From: Okamejei kenojei
Lineage: Eukaryota
Direction of reading: 5' to 3'
Length of the DNA stretch: 64,000 nucleotides
NCBI GenBank assembly: GCA_035221665.1
Contig: CM069154.1
Coordinates: 5,084,001-5,148,000, forward strand
The notes under the pieces are model-generated. The model did not search any database and was not told where the DNA came from. It saw nothing but the letters and a program-made list of their open reading frames with translations. Shown one piece after another: positions 1 to 15,422 of the stretch (the first letter of the stretch is position 1; every line of letters begins with the position of its first letter). The position numbers and the translations under genes are program-made.

Positions 1-2
1 CT

Positions 3-167
<165 letters not shown>

Positions 168-549
168 TGAGTTTACAATACAATTTGTGACCTAAACTTT
201 GAATATTGTCAGTCACCATTCACTCCACAAAGCGACAAAGCTTGAATTTCATGGAGAAGCCAGGAACTGCAGATGGTCGTTTACAAAAAAAGACAGAAGG
301 TGCTGGAGTAACTCAGGGGGTCAGGCAGATTCGCTGGAGAACACGGACAGGTGACATTTTGGGTGGGGGCTGTGCTTTCAGCCTGATTGTAGAGGTGGGG
401 GAAAGAAAGCTGGAAGAGAGGAGGGGCAGTATAATACTTGGCAGGTAATAGGTTGATGCAGGTGAGGTCTTGGGCATATGGTTGTACAAAGGCCAGAGAT
501 GAAAAGACAGAATATGTGAGTTAAAAGAGTTGTGAATTGTGATACAAAG

Positions 550-946
550 CTAAGATCCTATCGCAAGCAAGATAGTCCATTCCACGAAAAGCATGTAGTA
601 CGGTCATGGGCAGACTCATGGGTAATTTTGGGCACAATTTCCGTAACCGGCTTCCGTCTCCGCACCAAAGATCCCGTAGCAGAGCAAAGATACTAGTGCG
701 GTGACGGAAGCCGGTTACGGAAACATTCTCGTAAAAATAAAAGTTATTTGGTAAAAATCTTCTCATTTTCAGAATTTTACTTTATTAACAAAAAACTATT
801 CCCCCGCAATGTTGATTACACTGCGGGTCGGGTCGGGTTACGAAAATGGATGAAAAAAAGGCCCACGTTCCGTTCCGTTGCGTACTACACGTCAGCCCAT
901 TGCATTTAGCAGGAGTGGTCTATCTTGCTCCGCTATAGGATCTTTG
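550..946. mobile_element. Non-autonomous DNA transposon (MITE), P-element-like termini
   Basis: ~30-bp TIRs C(T/A)AAGATCCTAT...; 8-bp TSD atacaaag at 542-549 and 947-954. Confidence 0.7.
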
Positions 947-2187
947 ATACAAAGTGCTCGAGTATCTCAGCGGGTCAGGTAGCCTCTCTCTGGAGAACAC
1001 GGATAGGTGAAATTTCAGACTGAAGATTGGTCCCAAACTGAAACGTCACCTATCCATGGTCTCCAGAACTGGTGCACGATCTGCTGAGTTCCTCCAGCAC
1101 CTTGGGTCTGTGTTTGAGTTTCATAACTTGATGGCTCTCCTACACCCCACACACCTCACCCCCACATTGGAAGTCTGACTCATAGGCAGAGTTCTGAAAG
1201 CTTATTACTGTGTGAGTGTTTGATTGAGTTTCTGTCGCTGCTGTGGTAAATGAAGAAATGAAGTGGCTTCTCAACAATGCACTGTGAATCATTGCTCCTC
1301 TGACAGTAAAAGTGAGCAGTTGTCATAGAGATGCAGCAAAATGAATTTGTACATTACAAGGGTGTCGTTTCTCTGTATTCTTGCAACATAATGATGAAAT
1401 AATCTAATTAACAGTTTTGCTGGAAGAGTGCATGGAGGTTTTGTTCTGCACTCTGCCAATCCCCCTCACTCTTTGACATCCTTGCAGTTGAGGCTTTAAC
1501 AATGCCCGTGGTATTTATCGTGGGAGAGCCATTTTCCGATAATGTACCCTAATCATCTGGAGAGTACTCGTCTAATGCCCGCTTATCTATTTTCCAGGTG
1601 GGTTACAATGATTAACACGATAGTCACAGTCGTTTGTCATTGTGTGTGATTAACTGCTCAAGCCTCCAGGCATGAAAGATTGCTTACACAGAGAGCCTTG
1701 ACAAAGTAGCAAGAGTCTTGCTTAACTGGTTTTACATTTAGACAAAAGTTCAATGGTTTCTTTATTACCCAGTGTACTATGGTACATTGAAATACATATT
1801 TTTGCAGTCAACTCAGCAAGACGATCAGCATACGATCCCAATCCCCTAGTTAGGACAAATTCTACTGAATAGCCCACTTTGTCTATATCCTGCCTCACCT
1901 GCTGAGTTTCTCCAGCATTTTTTGTCTATATGCAATAGGTGTTATTTTACAGTCCCAGCTGCAGATTAGATTAGATTAGATTCCTTTATTGTCATTCGGA
2001 CCTTATGGTCTGAACAAAATTGTTACCATACAGTCATACATATAATAAAAACAAAACATACAATAAACACATATCCAACATCCACCACAATGAGTTCACC
2101 AGGCACCTCCTCACTGTGGTGGAAGGCAAAAGTCTTAAGTCCCTGTCTTCCTCCCTCCTAGTTCTCCCTCTGCGCTGAGGCAATCCA

Positions 2188-2615
2188 GGCCGCCGCCGCC
2201 GCCGCTGGAGCACCGCAGCTCTGAGCTGGGCCGCCACCGCTGGAGCACCGCAGCTCCAAACCAGGCCGCCGCCGCTGGAGCACCGCAGCTCTGAGCTGGG
2301 CCGCCACCGCTGGAGCACCGCAGCTCCAAACCAGGCCGCCGCCGCCGCTGGAGCACCGCAGCTCTAAGCAGGTCGCCGCTGGAGCATGGCAGCTCTGCGG
2401 GCCGCCGCTGGAGCAACGCAGCTCTGAACCAGGCCGCCGCTGAAGCACCGCAACTCCGAACCAGGCCGCCGCCACCGCTGGAGCACTGCAGCTTCAAGCG
2501 GACTGCCGCCGCTGGAGCACCGCAGCTCCGAACCAGGCCGCCGCCGCTGGAGCACCGCAGCTCCGAACCAGGCCGCCGCCGCTGGAGCACCGCAGCTCCG
2601 AACCAGGCCGCTGCC
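2188..2615. repeat. GC/CpG-rich minisatellite, ~30-36-bp unit (gccgccgctggagcaccgcagctccgaaccag), about 13 copies
   Basis: Directly visible tandem units; explains the repetitive ORFs 2034-2719. Confidence 0.9.
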
Positions 2616-3674
2616 ACAGCTCTGCCATTAGGCCTCAGCACAGACGGTGACGGGGGACACACATCCCCACGAAGGGAGAGACTAAGACTCTGTTTCTCCC
2701 ACCCTCCCCACACATACACAACCTAATAAAACAAAATTCTAATGAACAATCACAAAAAGACACAAAAAAAAAGAAAAAAATAGACCGACTGCAGGTGAGC
2801 CGCAGCTGCCAGCCAGCGCGGCCACTTCCGGAGTGTGTGTCCGGAGTTGAAGTTGGTGTAATGGCAATGGGCCCGTTGCAGCCATCGCATCCTTTCCGGA
2901 TAGACCACTTGTAGTGAATCTCCTGTTTGTAAGTTCCTGGTGTAATTTCTATCTTCCTTGTTTTGGTAAAGGCATCAATGATTTCTCGGAGCTTGTCTAA
3001 GAGTGCATACATGCGCAAGCAAAGTTGATGTGACCCCGATTTTGGAATTGAGGTAGCAAATATTTTAACTGTTTAAGTAGCTTAGTTTAGAGATACAGCG
3101 TGGAAACCAACCCTTCGGCCCACTGAGTTTGCACCAACCAGCAATCACTCGTACACTAGTTCTATCCTGCGCACACGGGACAATTTACAGAAGCCAATTA
3201 ACCTACAAACTTGCAGGTCTTTGGCATGTGGGAGGAAACCGGAGCACCCGGAGAAAACCCACGCGGTCACAGGAAGAACGTACAAACTCCATACAGACAG
3301 CACCGGTGGTCAGGATCGAACCCCGGTCTCGAGCAACTCTACTGCTGCGCCACTGTGATCTGTAGATTAATTCCACTCCAGCACAGAGCTTAGTGAAGTT
3401 GAAGCTGATGTATTGAAGTGAAGAAGATGGCAAAAAGGGGTTGGTGTAATGGTAGATCCTTCATTGACTGAGGCAATATAGACGTGAGCTGGTCAATTGC
3501 ATTATTCCAGCATTTTCTGGCTTCAAGCATTTTATTCTTTATATTCTCCTCAAAGGCTATAAATGATGTTGAACTCATTTGGTAGTAAATCACTCGTTTG
3601 AAAATTCATTCACTATCGAAGTAAAAGACTAAAAAGAGACAGAAGATAAAGTAAAGTTTTATATGTGTTTGTAG

Positions 3675-3764
<90 letters not shown>

Positions 3765-5313
3765 TAAGAGAACTTTTCATCCTAGTTGCATGGTCTCGTG
3801 TCTCATATCTTGGCTTGGGGAGGTGGAGGGCTTGGTTTGTAGAGTCCTTAAGATAAAAAGTTAATTTTTTATTATCATTTATCTGCGACTGCAATTGTTC
3901 CATCTTGCAAAATCCTGTCATTCTGGTTTTTAAGATTATTTTCCCTTCGACATTTCTTCAGCATGTTGCAATTTTTTTCAACAAAAGGACGCAATGTTTG
4001 TTTAGTTTTAGTTGAGAAATACAGTGCGGAAACAGGCACTTCGGCTCACCGGGTCCGCGCCGACCAGCGATCCCTGCACACTAACACTATTGTACACACA
4101 CTGGGGACAATTTGCAATTTTACCAAAGCCAATAAATATACAAACCTCTATGTCTTTGGAGTTTGGGAGGAAGCTGAAGCATCCGGAGAAAACCTTTGTA
4201 GGTCACAGGGAGAACGTACAAACTCCGTACAGACAGCACCCATGGTCTGGATTGAACCTGGGTCTCTGGCGCTGTAAGGCAGCAACTCTACTGCTGCACC
4301 ACCATGCTTTGTTTGACAAAACAATTCGATGTGTGTTACTACACGCACAATTTACTTTGGTTAAAAAAATTACACTGACAATCTCTTGAATTTATGTAAA
4401 GTTAAGTAGAATAATTGTAATCTCCTCAGCTCCCCCCAGATTCTATCTGTCATCCTACAAACTCGGGGTATTCTAATCTCCCAATCCACACATCTTTGGG
4501 ATACGGGAGGAAAAGAGATTCTTGCTATTGAGGGAGTGCAGCGTAGGTTCACCAGGTTAATCCCCGGGATGGCGGGACTGCCATATGATGAAAGAATGGA
4601 ACGACTGGGCTTGTATTCACTGGAATTTAGAAGGATGAGAGGGGATCTGAAAGAAACATATACAATTATTATAGTATAGTATTGGACAAGATAGATGCAG
4701 GAAACATGTTCCCAATGTTGGGGGAGTCCAGAACCAGGTGCACAGTTTAAGAATAAGGGGTAGGCCATTTAGAACTGAGATGAGGAAAAATGTTTTCATC
4801 TAGAGAGTTTTGAATTTGTGGAATTCTCTGTCTCAGAAAACCGTGGAGGCCGATTCACTGGATGCATTCAAAAGAGAGTTAGATATAGCTCTTAGGGCTA
4901 GCAGAATCAAGGGATAAGGGGGGAAAGCAGGAACGGGGCACTGATTGCGAATGATCAGCCATGATCACATTGAATGGCGGTGCTGGCTCGAAGGGCCGAA
5001 TGGCCTACTCCTGCACCTATTTTCTCTGATTCTATGAAACCCAGAACAAACCCAGGTGGTTGCAGGTAGAACATGCAAACTTCACACAGACATCACCAAA
5101 GGTCGGGTTTTAAGTCCCTGACACTGAGAGGCAGTGCCTCTTCTCACTGTGCCCTGTGGCACATTTACTATGCAGTAGATCATAGGTTAACAGGGGAAAT
5201 ATTTAGAGTTTTTCACATTGCAAGTTAGTGTAATGAATGTCTTCAGCAAGATTTGTTGAATCAGCAGCTGATCCTTGCATGAAAGAGCTCTGAGACCAAG
5301 ACTTTCATCATAA

Positions 5314-5427
<114 letters not shown>

Positions 5428-6914
5428 TAATTAACAGTCTGGTCTATCCATGCCAATACTGCATTCAGAATGAGTTATGGGATAGGTGAGGCTTGCTGAA
5501 TAATTGAAAGATTTGAAATATCTGGTGTTTCAGATATTAGCTTTTATTTTCACTAAACACCATGTTTACTGACGTTTATTTGATAGTTAAAATAAAATTG
5601 TTTTTGTGTCAGTCCATTGAAACATGTCCAGTGAAAACATCCCTTAATCCATGCTCGTAAAGGTCGAATGAGAATTGAAATATTCACGGAATAACTATAT
5701 TTTGATTTTTCCCATTATAATGAAGTGTTCTGTTGTGCTTCGAGAACCAAAACATTGAATGCATTTACCATTCAGAAATATCATAGTCACGCAGCATTGA
5801 AACAGACCCTTTGGCCCAACTTATCCATGCTGGCCAAGATCCCATGTAAGCTAGTCCTAATTGCCTGTAATAGTCCTACATCCCCTTCAAATGTATTTTA
5901 AATGTTGATGTTGTTGTTGTGACTGCCAGGCAGCTTGTTCCATGGATGTACCACCATCTCTATGAAGAAGTTGCCCCTCAGGTGCCTATAAATCTCTTTC
6001 CCTCACCCTAAACCTATGCTCACTAGTTTAATTCTTCTTCTTCTTGCGTATGGCGTGCACAGCCTAAAGTTGTAGGGCAACTTGTTCTATTTGATCTTAT
6101 TTGATTGTGCACGCAAGGTTGATTGCATTCGTCGAAACAGGGCGGACCACGTGAAGGTTGCAATCTTTCACCCCACTAGTTTGATTGATTGAAAGACACA
6201 GCATTGAAACAGGCCCCTAAGCCCACCTAAGTCCATGCCAACTATCGATCACCTGTTCACACTAGTTCTATATTATCTCAATTTCGCTTCCACTCCCTAC
6301 ACACTAAGGACCATTTTCTGAAGCCTGTTAACCCACGCACCTGCACGTCTTTGGGATGTGGGAGAAAACCGGAGCATCCGTAGGAAACCCAAGGGAAAAC
6401 GTCCAAACTCCACGCAGTGAGCACCCGAGTTCAGGATCGAACCCGGGTCTGTGGCACAGTGGGGCAGCAGCTCTCTGAAGTTCTAGATTTCTCATTCGTG
6501 GGAAAAAGACTGTGTACACCCTCCTTATTTCTGACACTTAATGACACGTGGTCACACTGACCTAGCAACCACACTTGTACACGGCAGATTTACTACTATG
6601 ATTTCCACCACAATCCTGTCGGTCACAAATGACTCCATAATTTAGAGATAAAGTGTGGAAACAAGCCCTTCGGCCCACCGAGTCCTTGCCGACCAATGAT
6701 CATTAGTTCGATGTCATCTCAGTTTTACATCCTATACAATGGGAGCAATTTACAGAAGCCAATTAACCTAAAAACCTGTACGTCTTTGGAGTGTGGAGGA
6801 AACCCGCGGTCACAGGAAGAACGTGCACAGACAGCACCTGAGGTCAGGATCAAACCCGGGTCTCTGGCGCTGTGAGGCAGCAACTCTACCGTTGTGCCAC
6901 TGCGCCACCCTTGA

Positions 6915-7190
<276 letters not shown>

Positions 7191-7436
7191 TAAGTAGATA
7201 GTTCTTACATAAGATCTGGTCCTACACAATGCCAACGTGCAAACTGCGCACGAAAAGAGTGCCCAAGGTTAGGATTGAACCCTGGTCTCTGGCATTGTGA
7301 GGTAGCAGCACTACCAGCTGCGTCACTTGCCTCCCCCCACCCCTCCCCCCCCCTCCCCCCCCCCCCCCCCCTCCCCCCCCTCCCCCCTTCAATGTTGCGA
7401 TTAGTCTTCATGCTCTATATTTTCAAATGTTTCTAA

Positions 7437-8994
<1,558 letters not shown>

Positions 8995-11900
8995 CTTTCA
9001 CCCTGCCTGCATTGTAACATCTCGGCCACGTGAAGGCAAAGACACTTCACAGGAGCACATCTGTGGAAGGCACAATGCGCTTATTTACCTTGTTCCTAAA
9101 GTGGGCGTGAATTTTCGGTTGCAATGTTTATCTGATTTCAATTCGAACAAAGAACAGTGCAGTACAGGAACAGGCCCTTCGGCCCACATTGTCCATGCCG
9201 GACATGATTCTTGATCAGAGGTTATGGGAAGAAGACAGGAGATTGGGGTTAGGAGGGAGAGATAGATCAGCCATGATTGAATGGCGGAGTAGACTTGATG
9301 GGAATATTCCTTATGAAAGTTAAACTGATCTTGTCTGCCTGCGCGTGATCCACATCCTTCCATTGGTTGCACTTCCTCTTCTTTTTGTGTCGGTCTTGTT
9401 ACAAATGTTGACCTCGCTGTCATCGTCCGTCCTGAAAGGGGCGTGAGCTTCAGGCGACAATCGGTGGGAGCCATCACTTGTCGCAATAGATGATGGTGGT
9501 AGCAGAATTAGCTCAGGATACCCCCAGTTTCCAGCCCCGCGACGTGGACACTTCTACTATGGGACCATTGGTTGCATTACAATGCTGAGGACTATATTCT
9601 GCTCTATATTTCCCCTTCACCCTACCAATTGTACTTGAATATGGCTTAGTTTATTTATGTTTACTGTTATCGGAGTTGTTTAGAAAGCTTGCAAAACAAA
9701 GGTTTCCACTGCATCTTGGTACACATGACAATAATAAACCTGAACCAGAATATCCATGTGCCTATCTAAAGGCATCTTAAACGCCACTATCGTATCTGCC
9801 TCCACCACCATCCCAAGCAGCGCGTTTCACGCACCCACCACCCGCTGTGTAAAAAATAAACTTTGATTCAGCAGTTTTCTCTTATTTTCGATGAATGAAA
9901 ATACCATACATAAATGCAAGCTTTCTTTTAGCTTACTACTAAAATGAAAGGAATAAGCAGAAAATACTGCAGGTATAAAATGGTGCCAGAGAATTCTGCA
10001 GACTCACTGTGGCCCCAGTTGGCCTATTGATTACCTCTGTAGAGTTCAACAAAGCATTACAGAGTACTCTTGAGAAAGAATTTGCCTGCCACGGGTAGAA
10101 TGGGAACACTGAGAGCTGAAGGGACAAGTTTAGCTAGGTGGTTTACAATGCCAGTTATCGATAGAATTGAGACTGCATTTACAAGTTCACAAGTTATAGG
10201 AGTAGAATTAGGCCATTCAGTCCATTGCTTCCGCCATTCAATCATGACTGATCTCTGCCTCCTAATCCCATTTTCCTGCCTTCTCCCCATAACACTTGAC
10301 AACCGTTCTAATCAAGAATTTGTCAATCTTTGCCTTAAAAATATCCACTGACTTGGCCTCCACAGTCCTCTGAGTTCCACAGATTAACTACTCTCTGACT
10401 AAAGAAGTTCCTCCTCGCCTCCTTTCTAAAAGAGCACCCTTTAAATCTGAGCCCATGACCTCTGGTCCTAGACTCTCCCACCAGTGGAAACATTCTTTCC
10501 ATATTCTCTCTATTTATGCCTTTCATTTTTTTAATTAAAAAAAAAAAATTTTAAGTAGGTTCGGGAGGAGGCCATTCGGCCCTTCGGCCCTTCGAGCCAG
10601 CACCATTCAATATGATCATGGCTGATCGTTCGCTATCAATAACCCGTGCCTGCCTTCTCCCCATATCCCTTGACTCCACTAGCCCCTAGAGCTCTATCCA
10701 ACTCTCTCTTAAATCCATCCAGTGATTTGGCTTCCACTGCCCTCTGTGGCAGGGAATTCCACATATTCACAACTCTCTGGGTAAAAAAGTTTTTTCTCAG
10801 CTCAGATTTAAATTACCTCCCCTTTATTCTAAGACTGTGGCCCCTGGTTCTGGACTCACCCAACATTGGGAAACTCACCCAACATTATTCTGTAGATTTC
10901 AATGAGGTCCCCCCTCAACCTTCTAAACTCCAGCGAGTAGAGGCCTCAAACATTCCTCGTAAGCTATCCCACTCATTCCTGGAATCAAATAAACCACGTC
11001 TAGTCCCTCTCCAGAGCCACCACATCCTTCCTCAGATATGGGGAGCAAATAAATGATGCTGCAAGTGCAGTTATCTCATGTAGAGTGGTGTTTCGCATGG
11101 CAGCTTCTTGGCATCAGACTGGCCTGAAAGAAAACTGACTAGACAGATAGCCTCTCCTACAACCTGAGTGGAGAAATAATGTGTTTGTGCAACAGAAGAT
11201 ATTCGGGCAGTTGATGGAGTGGCGGGATTATTTTTGGATTTTCCCCCAGCAATTCTGTGGTGACCCTTGATTCCAAGAGATTCAGGAGAGATTATTTATC
11301 ATGTGCATCGACTATGCATGGATGTTTGGTTTATTGTCACGTGTTCTGACATGCAGTGAAAAGCTTTTTGGTTGCATACGATCCAGTCAGCGGAAGGATT
11401 GTGCACGATTATAATCAAGCCGCCCGCAGTGTGCAGATGCAGCATAATCATAATAGTACTTTATTAGCCAAGTATGTTTTGCAACATACGATGAATTTGA
11501 TTTGCCATACAATCATACCAATAACGAGCACCAAGACACCCAAATACATTTTTAACATGAACAACCACCACAGCAACTCCCCAACATTCCTTGCTATGAT
11601 GGAAGGCAACAAGGGTTCAATCTTCTTCCCTTCTTTGTTCTCCCACGGTCGGGGCACTCGAACCTTCTGTTGTCGGGGCGATCTTGGCTCCCGCTGCCAG
11701 TGGTTGAGCCCTCCACGTCGGGGCGATCAAGCTCCTGCATCGGGGGGATCTCAGCTCCCCTGTGCCGGGCGATCGGACCCCGGGTCAGGGCTAGTCAAAC
11801 CTTCTGCGACTTGGAGCTTCCCGACATCAGTCTCTACCCGAGACCGCGAGCTCCTCGATGGTGAAATCCGCAGGCCGCGGTTGGAGCATCGATCCCAGGC

Positions 11901-12674
11901 AAGGAATCACAGGTTCCGATGGTAAGTGCACAGCCCCGCGGTGGGGCTCGAACTCAATCTCGAGCAAGGCCTCCAGCTCATGATGTTAGGCCGCAGAGCG
12001 ACCGGAGAGACGATCCGGAAAACAGTCGCATCTCTGGCAAGGTAAGAGACTGAAAAAGGTTTCCCCCGTCCCCCTCCCCCACTCTCCTCATAAAACAAAC
12101 CAGAGAAATTTAAAGCATACTTTTAAAACACACTAAAAAATAACAAAAAAGACTAAAAGGCAGACAGACTGTTGGCGAGGCTGCCATTGCTGATGGCCTC
12201 CCGGTGGATGGGACGATAAAGGGAATAACATTCACTGCAAGATAAAGTCCAATTAAAGATAGTCCGAGGGTCTCCAATGAGGTAGATGGGAGGTCAGGAC
12301 TGCTCTCCAGCTGGTGATAGGATGGTTCAGTTGCCTGATAACAGCTGGAAAGAAACTGTCCCTGACTCTGGAGGTGTGTGTTTTCACACTTCTGTACCTC
12401 TTACCTGATGGGGGAGGGTAGATGTGGGAGTGACCATTGTGAGACTCATCCTTGACTATGCTGGCGGCCTTGCCGAGGCAGCGTGAGGTGTAGATGGAGT
12501 CTGTGGACGGGAGGTTGGTTTGTGTGGTGGTCTGGGCCACGTCCACAATTCTCTGCAATTTCTTGCGGTCTTGGATGGAGATGCAGATTATTTCTGCAGC
12601 AAGTAAGAATCTCATTATTCCGTTTTTGTACATATGACAATAAAACACTTTTGACTCGTGCACTGGCTACGCAT

Positions 12675-12814
12675 GGGGGTGGAAGATTGCAACATTCATG
12701 TGGTCCGCCCTGTTTCGACGAATGCAATCAACCCGGTGTGCACAATCAAATGAGATCAAATAGAACAAGTTGTCGTACAACTTTCGGCTGTGCACGCCAT
12801 ACGCAAGAAGAAGA
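12675..12814 (+). mobile_element. ~140-bp short retroposon with (GAA)n tail; other copies at 6032-6173 (-) and 28675-28812 (+)
   Basis: Three co-terminal near-identical copies, each with an 11-12-bp TSD. Confidence 0.75.
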
Positions 12815-12916
12815 GGCTATGCATGGATGTCACTGACCTGTGGATGTTTGTACTGGGTTTCTGTTCCACCATGTAAACACTGAAAAGCAAGTGACTGGCG
12901 AGGATGAACAACTTAA

Positions 12917-13150
<234 letters not shown>

Positions 13151-14682
13151 TAAACATTGTATCTGTTTCCCCCAACTCTTGCAGTGCACTCCAGACACCG
13201 GACACTCTTTGTGTAGAGAGAAACTTGCCTCGTACATCTCCTTTCTAATCATTTTAAACCCCCACTCACCCTAAACCTATGCCCTCTCGTATTTGATCTT
13301 TGCAACCGGTGAAAAGGACTTTGATTGATTGAAAGGTACAACTTGGTAACGGGTCCTTCTGCCCAACAAGTCCATGCCAACCATCGATCATCCATTCGCT
13401 GGACCACTGCCCAGTCCATCACCGACTCTGACCTCCCCACCGTCGAAGGGATCTATCGAAGTCGCTGCCTCAATAAGGCGGCCAACATCATCAAAGACCC
13501 ACACCATCCTGGCCACGCACTCATTTCACCACTACCATCGGGAAGAAGGTACAGGAACCTGAAAACTGTTCCAGGTTCAGGAACACAGCCTTCAGGCTAT
13601 TAAACACGACAACAAGTAACCTCTGATCTGCAACATTACTATTATTGCACTATATTTGTTTATTTATTGCGTATGCGTGTGTATGTATATAAACACACTG
13701 AACTTTTTTTCTTTTTTTCTCCTGTTATGTACTATGTTTACATATTCTGTTGTGCTGCAGCAAGTAAGAATGTCATTGTCCTATCTGGGACACATGACAA
13801 TAAAGCACTCTTGACGACTCTTGATACTAGATCTTTGTCATCCCACTTTCTCATCCTCATCTGATACTCTAGGAGCAATTTACTGAGGCCGATTAACCTA
13901 CAAACCCACACGTCATAATTTTCAGGAGTGGAATTAGGCCATTCGGCCCATCAAATCTTCTCCACTATACAATCTTTCTTTCCCTGTCAACCCCATACTC
14001 CTGCCTTCTAATCAAGAAGTGATTCTAACGCACTTACTAATCAAGAATCTGTCAATCTCCACTTTAAAAATATCCATTGACTTGGCCTCCACCGCCGTCT
14101 GTGGCAATGCACTCACCACCTGACGTCTTTGGGTTTTGGGGGGATGGGGAACTGGAGCACCCTGTGAAAAGCCACATGGTCACAGGGAGAATGTGCAACC
14201 TCCTTTCAGATAGGACCTGAGGTCAGGGTGGAACCTGGATCTCTGACGCTGCGGAAGAGGCTCTGCCAGCTGCACTATTTGACCTTGACTAATCTTATTT
14301 TCGTACGTTTTGATTCTTATGTTGTTGTTGTGTGCTTTAAGACCAGCCAGTTTCAGTCATCTCATGGACTGCATCTGGTTAGCGACGAAGATAATCATCC
14401 CTGCTGCGTTACGTGTGGAAATAGACGCACACAGAAACCCATTAATCAACTCCAAGACGGGGCCAAATTTTCCTGAAGGGAGTGTTGGTTAAAACAGGCA
14501 GGTCTCTGTTTCCTTGTCACAAGTCCCAGTGCCCCACTGTGGCAGCTGCCAAGCCAGTAAACCTCTTCAAAGGATAATGCTGAAATATGAAAAACAACAT
14601 TTAATCCCCACTTAAACAAAGGTCAAATTCCCAGAAAAGTAAATGGCTTTATGTCAGTCCAGCTTATTGCATACGTTAGTGA

Positions 14683-14790
<108 letters not shown>

Positions 14791-15227
14791 TAATGTCCTT
14801 GTCATTGAATGAGGAGAAATGGGAAGTGTGGCATGGTGTAGTGCGGTAGTGGGACATAAGATTCTGAAGTTTTAAAGGTTGTTTAGTTTAGAGATACAGC
14901 ATGAAAACGGGGCCCACCGAGCCAGCGATGGCCCATACCCTAGCTTAGTCTAGTTTAGAGATACAGCGGGGAAACACGCCCTTCAGCCCATTGAGTCCGC
15001 ATCGACCTGCAATCCCTGCACACCAACACTCCTACACACATCAGGCACAATTTATAATTACACCAAGCCAATTAACCTACAAACCCGTACGGGTGTGGAG
15101 GAAAACTGGAGAAAACACACGCACGTCACGGGGAGAACGTACCCGTAGTCAGGATCGAACCTGGGTCTCTGGCGTTGGTTTTTCGCTTGGTAAATAATTC
15201 AGTTGATGGCCAGGAAACTTGCAGTGA

Positions 15228-15422
<195 letters not shown>

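Noticed and set aside
2034-2719. Long Ala/Gly/Arg-rich ORFs and a CRISPR-like periodic array
   Set aside because: By-product of a GC-rich minisatellite; no unique spacers, vertebrate context.
7331-7387. Poly-C tracts (also ~32097-32115 and ~48941-48977) as G-quadruplex elements
   Set aside because: Simple low-complexity runs with uncertain length accuracy and no other support.
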